NCBI GenBank assembly: GCA_050251055.1
Contig: JBFWNL010000006.1
Location: 128,001 to 192,000, forward strand
Direction: 5' to 3'
DNA from: Bacteriovoracia bacterium
Lineage (GTDB): Bacteria > Bdellovibrionota > UBA1018 > JBFWNL01
DNA length: 64,000 bases
Below, piece after piece: positions 57,654 through 64,000 of the stretch; the first letter of the stretch is position 1; each line of letters opens with the position of its first letter. The notes under the pieces were generated by a model that did no database searches, had not been told where the DNA came from, and saw only the letters and a list, made by a program, of their open reading frames with translations. The position numbers and the translations under genes are program-made.

Positions 57654-58389
57654 TTTGCTTTTCCTCCCGGGTTTTGAATTCGGTGAACAACGCCAAGTGA
57701 TCGGACAGCCCGCGCCAGGGGTGATGGGTGAAGCATTGGGCCTGGGAAGCGTGCAGTCCACGAAAGTAAATGCGGTCGAGATGGAGCCAAGGAAAAAAAG
57801 AGGGAAACGTGCGAGCATGCTTACCTTGGACCTCGCGGAAAGCCTCGCGGATCCCGAGCGAGTCTGCGAGGACCCGCGAAACACGTTGGTTCCAGTCATT
57901 AAAGTCACCGGCCACGATCAACGGTTCGTCCGCTTCCACCTCGTTTTCGATTCGGCGGGCCAACTGTTGCACCTGCTTTTCGCGCCCGAACGCGGTTAGC
58001 CCCAGGTGGATGCAAATCAGGTGAAGCGGTAAGCCCGTCGGTTCCGGCTTTACTACGGCGTGTAGCATGCCGCGGTTTTCGTAGGCATGGGCGGAGATGT
58101 TGATGTTCTCCCAGCGGATGATTGGGTAGCGGCTGAGGATCGCGTTGCCATGGTGGCCGTTCGTGTAAACCGCGTTTTTTCCGTAACTCATGTGGGGCCA
58201 TACCTGATCGGCGAGAAACTCGAGTTGGTTTCCTGGGTGACGGCCGTGCGCCCCGGATACCTCCTGGAGGAAAACCAGGTCGGCGTTGACCATGCGGATC
58301 TCGTCGCGGATCTCGGAGAGGACGTATCTACGATTCGACGCCGTGAAGCCTTTGTGAATGTTGTAGGATAGCACGCGTAAATTCGTCAT
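57628..58389 (-). CDS. ybhP: Endonuclease/exonuclease/phosphatase (YbhP-like)
   Basis: SYNIHKG, FLQEV, GNAILS, GDFNDW, LDRIY and LSDH motifs; adjacent to clsB as in E. coli. Confidence 0.85.
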   Translation of the reverse strand: MTNLRVLSYNIHKGFTASNRRYVLSEIRDEIRMVNADLVFLQEVSGAHGRHPGNQLEFLADQVWPHMSYGKNAVYTNGHHGNAILSRYPIIRWENINISAHAYENRGMLHAVVKPEPTGLPLHLICIHLGLTAFGREKQVQQLARRIENEVEADEPLIVAGDFNDWNQRVSRVLADSLGIREAFREVQGKHARTFPSFFPWLHLDRIYFRGLHASQAQCFTHHPWRGLSDHLALFTEFKTREEKQNGDSQASG

Positions 58390-58393
58390 CAAT

Positions 58394-59476
58394 CTACATC
58401 CAATATCTCCACCGGTGCAGCAGATGCCCAATCCAGGCCGTCCAGGTGGTGGAAACGAGGCGAACCTCCTGGGTTTGCTCGAGATCCTCGAGAAACTGTT
58501 GGCTCAGCCTTTCGCGGTTTTCTGGATGCGTGACCACGACGTCGACCTCCAGGTCATGGAGAAAACTACGGTAATTTAGATTGCTCGATCCTACGACCGC
58601 CCAGTCGTCGATGATCAGGCTCTTCGCGTGGATGAAACGGGGTCCGTACTCGTAGATACGGACACCTGAACGCAAGAGAGTTCGGTAGAAGATGCGGCTG
58701 ATCCAAGGAATAAAGAACACATCCGACGTGCGTGGCAGCAGCAATCGGACATCTACCCCGTTCGACGCCGCGAACTTGAGCGCCTTGATTAAGGAAAGCG
58801 TCGGGACGAAGTAGGCGGTGGTCGCCCAGATTCGGCGTTCGGCGGAAACTATTTTTCCGAAAACATCGAGGTGAGTTCGTCGGCGGAGAGCGGGGCTGTC
58901 CTTTAGTAAGAGGAGATTTTCACGGTGGACTTCGACGGCTTTGCGCTGGGACGCGTACATCCAGCGCCATCGCCGCCGGTTCCACGCCCGTAGAAAACTG
59001 ACGTTCAAGGTGTTTACGCCCTCGCCCGCGACGCGGATGCCAGTGTCGCGCCAACAAAGCGTGCCCTGACTCATCGTAAGATGCTTTTCCGACACATTCA
59101 AACTACCCACCCACGCGATACGGCCGTCGATGATGCAGACTTTTTTGTGATCGCGGTGATTCAGCTTGTGAAAAGCCCTGGGCAGGGAACGGAAGAGGGG
59201 GTGGTAAACCTTGAACCTTACGCCCGCGTCTATGAGCCGTTGGCCATAGTGGGATTCCCACTTAGGGGAGCCAAAGCCGTCCACGATGACCCGCACGCGC
59301 ACGCCTCGGCGCGCGAGATCTATCAGAAGGCAAGCGAGCCTTTCCCCGAGGTGGCAGGCCTCGTAAATGTAGGTTTCGAAATCGACGCTACGCCTGGCCT
59401 TCGCCAGATCCACGAACATCTTTTCGAAGTATTCGTCCCCGGAAAAATACAGGGTCTCTTCATACCAGCGTTGCAT
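58394..59476 (-). CDS. clsB: Cardiolipin synthase ClsB-like phospholipase D
   Basis: RDHKKVCIID and IHAKSLIIDD..GSSNL HKD motifs. Confidence 0.8.
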   Translation of the reverse strand: MQRWYEETLYFSGDEYFEKMFVDLAKARRSVDFETYIYEACHLGERLACLLIDLARRGVRVRVIVDGFGSPKWESHYGQRLIDAGVRFKVYHPLFRSLPRAFHKLNHRDHKKVCIIDGRIAWVGSLNVSEKHLTMSQGTLCWRDTGIRVAGEGVNTLNVSFLRAWNRRRWRWMYASQRKAVEVHRENLLLLKDSPALRRRTHLDVFGKIVSAERRIWATTAYFVPTLSLIKALKFAASNGVDVRLLLPRTSDVFFIPWISRIFYRTLLRSGVRIYEYGPRFIHAKSLIIDDWAVVGSSNLNYRSFLHDLEVDVVVTHPENRERLSQQFLEDLEQTQEVRLVSTTWTAWIGHLLHRWRYWM

Positions 59477-59669
59477 ACTTTAGTTTTTGGCTTCGGTGCA
59501 AACCTCCCCACTCATTCACTTCAAGATGGGTGCCACCACGAATTCCCGCCAGCGGCCGCTGATCGGGCGTCATTGGCTAAGTCGGGAAAATATGTCCCAC
59601 GCATGAGCGGTTAAGGGACGTGGCTATTTTGGAATAACGATTGCACCACAAGTGGTGATGGGAGGCGAA

Positions 59670-60419
59670 ATGGAACGGACGCGCAGAGCAAAAGCTTATT
59701 GGGGCGGAATTTTCTTGAGCATGTTTTTTTGGATTGAATCGGCGCATGGGTTTCGCGCGGGTCCGCAGCCGGAGCTCGTCAATCATCTTCCACGTGAGAT
59801 TTTCGTGCCTACTAGTTTTGACGACAATGATTTCGTTCAGATCGTGGTGGCGGGCGAGTACGCCAACACCTGCTTCAAAGTGGCCGCGAGCGAAGTCACG
59901 GTGGATCCAGATCGTCATCGAATACTGATACGCGACCAAGCATACTTCTTTCAAAACTGCTTTTGCTTGTTCGTGCTGGTTCCATACGACAAAGTGATCC
60001 CCATTGGCTTGCTCGCGAAAGGAAACCATGATCTTTTTTTCGACGACGGCCGTGGCAACGAAGTGAGAATGGGTTCCATTCAGGTAGCGGCGGCCCGAAA
60101 GAGCACCGATCCAGACGAGCACTTATACGCTCCGGTGGAAGGGCTTACGGTTTTGAAGCGTCGCAAGACCCATCAGGTGGAGTTAAGGGGGCACTACCCC
60201 AACACGTGCTTGGCGATCCAAGAGACGCGGGTTGTCCATAGGAACCCCAAGGTGGTCGAGATTCTGCCGATCATGAAGATGGCGGTCCGTGACGATTGCG
60301 AGGCCGCGCGCGTTCCTTTCGTCGTGAAGGCAGCTTTGCCGGAGGGACTAGAGGGGCGTACCTTAATTCATGTACGGGCACTGAATGGCAAATCGATCGA
60401 CCAGCTGCACGAGTTCTAG
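59670..60419 (+). CDS. Secreted hypothetical protein with two similar Cys-containing halves
   Basis: GGAGG RBS; signal peptide; FDDNDFVQIVVAGEYANTC and LRGHYPNTC repeats. Confidence 0.7.
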   Translation: MERTRRAKAYWGGIFLSMFFWIESAHGFRAGPQPELVNHLPREIFVPTSFDDNDFVQIVVAGEYANTCFKVAASEVTVDPDRHRILIRDQAYFFQNCFCLFVLVPYDKVIPIGLLAKGNHDLFFDDGRGNEVRMGSIQVAAARKSTDPDEHLYAPVEGLTVLKRRKTHQVELRGHYPNTCLAIQETRVVHRNPKVVEILPIMKMAVRDDCEAARVPFVVKAALPEGLEGRTLIHVRALNGKSIDQLHEF

Positions 60420-61021
60420 GCGACCGCAAGTTTCTTCATTTCGAAATCGGCCTTGGCGTCACGAAAATCCACGGCCAGCGCGATGCGCTCCTTCATGCTC
60501 AAAACGTCGCGCATTTGACGAAAAAGCTGGCGCTCCTCATGTCGGATATGCTGGAGCAGGCGGGCTTTGAAAACGCGGAAGATCGGCAGCCACTCTTGAT
60601 CTTGGAGAGGGAGTTGATCCAGCTTGTCAAGCAGGTCGGAGATCGTGCGGTGATCCTCCGCGGATTCGGCCGCGATTTTGAGGGTTTCCGGATTGGCGTA
60701 AAGCCGCGCGTAGACGGTTTTCTCCTCGGCGTGAGTATGGCGGCGAACGTCCTCCGCTAACCAGTTGAAGAAGTTTCGGCGTAGGTGCTGATCGCGGTGG
60801 GCGGTGGCGTCAACCCGGGCTAAGAGTTCCTTGAACTGCTGGTGGTCTCGCTTGAGAAGTGTCTCCACGCTTTTTTCCGATTCCGGACGTCGGCTCGACC
60901 CGACCATGCCCACGATCGCGGTCGCTACCGCCAAGATCAGGAAAAGCCCCATCCAGGCGCGGTCGCCCACGGCGGCGAAGAACAAGGTTAGGATTACGAA
61001 TATAATGAGTGGTTTCAGCAT
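60416..61021 (-). CDS. Hemerythrin-domain protein with two N-terminal TM helices
   Basis: LKRDHQ, HTHAEE..Y, EDH and HIRHEE..LF motifs. Confidence 0.85.
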   Translation of the reverse strand: MLKPLIIFVILTLFFAAVGDRAWMGLFLILAVATAIVGMVGSSRRPESEKSVETLLKRDHQQFKELLARVDATAHRDQHLRRNFFNWLAEDVRRHTHAEEKTVYARLYANPETLKIAAESAEDHRTISDLLDKLDQLPLQDQEWLPIFRVFKARLLQHIRHEERQLFRQMRDVLSMKERIALAVDFRDAKADFEMKKLAVA

Positions 61022-61038
61022 ATCTTCCTCCTCGATTC

Positions 61039-61434
61039 TTAGGCGTGTTTGTGCTTTTTGCTGGCGCGCCGGCGGACGCGCTTGACCAGGTGGTGGCGTC
61101 GTCCCCGGGGCTTGACCGCCGGCGCCAGCGGAGAGGGTAACGGGGATCCACGGGGGCTTTCATATTCCCCTTCGTGGTGCGCGATGCGATCGTATCCGTA
61201 GTCGTCGTCATAATTGTCGTAACCGTGTCGATCGTTCGCCCGCGAAGTTTCGCGCTCTTCCTCGAAGTCGTTTAGCGAGTAATCTGACCCGTTTCCGTGG
61301 AAGGTCGAACGTCCGCCAATCCTCGGTACCTCCCGCGTGCGCATGTAGTCGCCGTCTTCCAGCTCCCGGTCGTCGCTGCGAACGTCTTCCGTCAGATCCG
61401 TCAAATCGATGGGCTCGAATTTTTCTCGTTCCAT
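61039..61434 (-). CDS. Hypothetical disordered protein (acidic core, basic tail)
   Basis: Start MEREKF; coding-like composition; sigma-54 site upstream. Confidence 0.55.
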   Translation of the reverse strand: MEREKFEPIDLTDLTEDVRSDDRELEDGDYMRTREVPRIGGRSTFHGNGSDYSLNDFEEERETSRANDRHGYDNYDDDYGYDRIAHHEGEYESPRGSPLPSPLAPAVKPRGRRHHLVKRVRRRASKKHKHA

Positions 61435-61449
61435 AGTGAGGATTAGGGA

Positions 61450-61465
61450 AGCAATTGGAATGCCA
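61450..61465 (-). promoter_or_regulatory. Sigma-54 promoter (leftward)
   Basis: Minus strand TGGCAT-TCCAA-TTGCT. Confidence 0.6.
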
Positions 61466-61611
61466 CGAAAGATCTGACGGTGAGCGGTGCGTGAGCCGAT
61501 CAAGAGGAAAAGAATTTTTATCGGCTAACCAAATTGACCCGATTCGGCGGGCCGATTCTTCCCAATTGAAGTCAGAGGAGAGAGTTCGCGCAACGGGAGA
61601 GTCCGCGAGCG

Positions 61612-61627
61612 TGGCATAGCGAATGCA
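61612..61627 (+). promoter_or_regulatory. Sigma-54 promoter (rightward)
   Basis: TGGCAT-AGCGA-ATGCA upstream of the small ORF at 61661. Confidence 0.55.
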
Positions 61628-61660
61628 GTTCTTGCTTTCACGTAAACAAGGAGAAATGAA

Positions 61661-61825
61661 ATGACGAACCAAATGGGGAACCAGGATAGAAACAACGAAA
61701 AGAATCAGAAACAGGGTCAGAAGAATCAAAGCGGAGCTCAGCCGAATTCCCAGAGTTCTTCGACCGGAAATCGCCAAGGCCAGGCCGGCCAGCAGTCGAA
61801 TCAGAGCCAGAAACGGTCGAGCTAG
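61661..61825 (+). CDS. 54-aa Gln/Asn-rich hydrophilic small protein (not in the ORF track)
   Basis: AAGGAG RBS 7 nt before the ATG; MTNQMGNQDRNNEKNQKQGQKNQSGAQPNSQSSSTGNRQGQAGQQSNQSQKRSS; promoter upstream and terminator downstream. Confidence 0.75.
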   Translation: MTNQMGNQDRNNEKNQKQGQKNQSGAQPNSQSSSTGNRQGQAGQQSNQSQKRSS

Positions 61826-61861
61826 TCACTTGACGAAGGAGTGAGGGAGTAGCGACCCAAG

Positions 61862-61908
61862 AAGGCGAAAAAAGGGGATCCCCACGTCCCCTTTTTTCGC
61901 CTTTTTTG
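61862..61908 (+). terminator. Rho-independent terminator
   Basis: AAGGCGAAAAAAGGGGA / TCCCCTTTTTTCGCCTT stem followed by a T-run. Confidence 0.7.
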
Positions 61909-61995
61909 CGCGGCGGCACGTGATTTTTGAAGGGCCTAGACGTGGATTTGCCGATGTGCTAACCACTCGGAATCAGCCTCCAATTCCAATCATGC

Positions 61996-62085
61996 GGAGA
62001 GATGTCCGAGTGGCTGAAGGAGCACGCTTGGAAAGCGTGTGTAGTGTAACAACTACCGTGAGTTCGAATCTCACTCTCTCCGCCA
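61996..62085 (+). tRNA. tRNA-Ser(GGA)
   Basis: GGAGAGA/TCTCTCC acceptor stem, anticodon arm CACGC-TTGGAAA-GCGTG, long variable arm, GTTCGAATC, encoded CCA. Confidence 0.96.
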
Positions 62086-62228
62086 TGCATTCTTTTTATC
62101 TTTTATAAAGCATCGGCAACCAGGGGTACGCCACCACACGGGCCCGACCGTTCAGGGCCTTCGTGGCCCACGGGTGTCCTCGCCTGACGATCCCTTATAA
62201 AAGATAAAAAGAATGCATGGCGGAGAGA
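62075..62228. repeat. Perfect 34-bp inverted repeat overlapping the tRNA-Ser 3' end
   Basis: 62075-62108 TCTCTCCGCCATGCATTCTTTTTATCTTTTATAA is the exact reverse complement of 62195-62228. Confidence 0.93.
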
Positions 62229-62373
62229 CGTAGGATGAGGAGGGCAGGAGGCCCGACTTCCTTAGAGATGTCTCGGAGCGCTGGAGGCGCGGAGAGAAAT
62301 CGAACGACTCCACCTGAGCGCAGTCGGGCGATTTCGGAAGTTGAAGACTCCGGTTATGAAACGGAGCGAATTG

Positions 62374-62661
62374 ATGTTCACGTTGAGCGTGTCTGTCTTG
62401 GAGTTAGTCTTCCGATCCGTCGTGATTTACTTCGCTCTTTTATTTGCCTTTCGGCTGACGGGAAAGAAAAGAAGCGGGGAGATGTCGGCGTTCGATTTGA
62501 TGTTCTTGCTCATCATCAGTGAGTCCGTGCAAGGCGCGATGAACGCCGACGATCGGTCCGTTACGGGAGGGGTGGTTGTGGCCGCGACCCTAATCGCCGT
62601 GAATTATTTTGTCAGCTGGCTGGGCGGTCTTGGAAACCAACGGCAAGATTACGATTATTAA
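62374..62661 (+). pseudogene. DUF421/YetF-family membrane protein, apparently C-terminally truncated
   Basis: RLTGKKRSGEMSAFDL..IISESVQ N-terminal TM module; stops before the usual soluble domain. Confidence 0.55.
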
Positions 62662-62676
62662 GCGCCGTTCAGTCGC

Positions 62677-63999
62677 CTAACGGGGTGAAAATAACAGCGA
62701 GGCCTGGTTTGTCGCGAAGCGCACGTGCAGTCCACTGCCGTCGAGAACGAAAGGCGCTGCTTGTGCTTGGTCCACCATCGGCAGGCGGATCACGCCGGTA
62801 TTGGGACGGGTAAAATCCATCCGCGCGATCGTATTTCCCAGCCGTACGAAGTAGCCATGGTTCGGGTCTTGCCGGATTTCCCAAGTTCCGTAGATTTCGT
62901 TTTCATAAGTGCCGAAGAGGACACTGCCGTCGATTTGGTGGGGGTACTGTACTAACCCCGGCGAATCTTCGGTGCTGTTTGCATAGAGCGAACGGAAAGC
63001 CGTTGCCAGAGACGGCGAAGCGACGAGGAACCGGGTGGCGATGGCTTGGGCGAGTTTTTCGACCAGGACCCGTCCCCCGTCATTCGTTAGGATCACAAAC
63101 CCGGAACGGGATTCGGGCAGCACCGCGAGCATGCTCTTGAACCCCGGCAAAGTACCGCTGTGGAAGGCCAGTTTCCGTCCAGCGTCATTCAGTACGAACC
63201 AACCCGGAGCGTAGCCTATGGACGCGTCTGCAGCCTGGCCAATCATGATCGTCGGCTCTACTAAGGTGCGCCGATAGGATTCGAACGCCGCGGCGGGCTC
63301 AAATGCTCTAGCTGGTTGCACGAAAGTGCGTAGCCACTGGGTCATATCCGCGATCGAGGATTGTATACAGCCAGCCGGACAAACGGTTTCGGAGGGAGCA
63401 TCGGCGATGGGGGCCGAGAGAAAGTGACCTTCGGCATGGTCCGCGTCGGCCGCGCACTGGCCCTTTACGCAGGTGCGGGTCATCTGCAGCGGTTCCGTAA
63501 TTGCTTCGCGAATTTGATCCGACCAGGCTCGGCCGACTTTCTGGGCTTGATAGTGAGCGGCCATCGCGAATCCAATGTTGTTGTAGTTAAAGTGTCCGCG
63601 GCCATCGGTCGAAAGATTAAATGCTGGAAAACGGGTGGCTATTTGATTGGCGTCGATACCCGTCAGCAGCCAAAGCGGGTCATGGGAGGCGATGCCGGAG
63701 CTCATCGTAAGCAGTTGCCGAAACGTTAAACTGGATTCAATGGCTGGGTCATCGAAGTGGAAGCCAGGTACTTGGTCCCGAAGGGGGGCGTCGAGTACGA
63801 TCTCTTCGGCATCGGCGGAGCGGTACAAAAGCGCGGAGGTGAGGGTTTTACTAAGAGAGCCGATCGCAAAGCGCGTCTCCAGGGTGACGGGCGCGGCGGG
63901 AAGCCGGCGCGCCTGTCCGAACACCGTTTGCGCCACTACCTGGCCACCTTCGATCACGGCCACCGCCACCCCCGTGTTCCGGTCCTGGTCCAGCTCTAG
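62677..63999 (-). CDS. Serine hydrolase, beta-lactamase class C family (5' end beyond the window)
   Basis: FAIGSLSK (SxxK), FNYNN (YxN), FHSG and LLTMSSG motifs; frame open to the window edge. Confidence 0.88.
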   Translation of the reverse strand, partial: LELDQDRNTGVAVAVIEGGQVVAQTVFGQARRLPAAPVTLETRFAIGSLSKTLTSALLYRSADAEEIVLDAPLRDQVPGFHFDDPAIESSLTFRQLLTMSSGIASHDPLWLLTGIDANQIATRFPAFNLSTDGRGHFNYNNIGFAMAAHYQAQKVGRAWSDQIREAITEPLQMTRTCVKGQCAADADHAEGHFLSAPIADAPSETVCPAGCIQSSIADMTQWLRTFVQPARAFEPAAAFESYRRTLVEPTIMIGQAADASIGYAPGWFVLNDAGRKLAFHSGTLPGFKSMLAVLPESRSGFVILTNDGGRVLVEKLAQAIATRFLVASPSLATAFRSLYANSTEDSPGLVQYPHQIDGSVLFGTYENEIYGTWEIRQDPNHGYFVRLGNTIARMDFTRPNTGVIRLPMVDQAQAAPFVLDGSGLHVRFATNQASLLFSPR

Positions 64000-64000
64000 G

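Noticed and set aside
56619-57908. 429-aa version of the USP ORF
   Set aside because: The first 85 codons overlap ybhP; the ATG at 57653 has an RBS and matches the USP domain start
61208-61919. 189-aa and 93-aa minus-strand ORFs
   Set aside because: The hydrophobic stretch is just the antisense of the purine-rich Q/N ORF, which has the RBS, promoter and terminator

Overview
A 64-kb chromosomal window from a moderately GC-rich Gram-negative bacterium. Bdellovibrionota (Bdellovibrio/Oligoflexus-like) is my inference, from a TIGR02147-family gene, many secreted orphans, sigma-28 and sigma-54 promoters, and spt-cerS alongside lpxC. Core blocks are spt-cerS, ruvCAB, lpxC, tRNA-Pro(GGG), ppiC, kefC-like, pckG, a GT2/GT-C/wecB glycosylation cluster, a 5'-nucleotidase, ppk1-ppx, clsB-ybhP-usp and tRNA-Ser(GGA). 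An accessory region of secreted and surface proteins follows tRNA-Pro (about 7.6-26.7 kb). The main observations are: (1) a type IV prepilin-like protein whose C-terminal ~250 aa read as a complete two-repeat collagen IV NC1 (C4) domain with all 12 cysteines; (2) both tRNAs are followed by a long fold-back whose distal arm is antisense to that tRNA's own 3' end; (3) a ~0.94-kb integrase-free cassette at tRNA-Pro with 11-bp-phased TGCTACA arm-type repeats at both ends. There is also a secreted R-S-E ADP-ribosyltransferase-like protein, a secreted tandem UDG-fold protein, a GC-type dockerin protein, a degenerate COG0523 GTPase and an unannotated Q/N-rich small ORF. All family calls come from motif recognition by eye; no searches were run.
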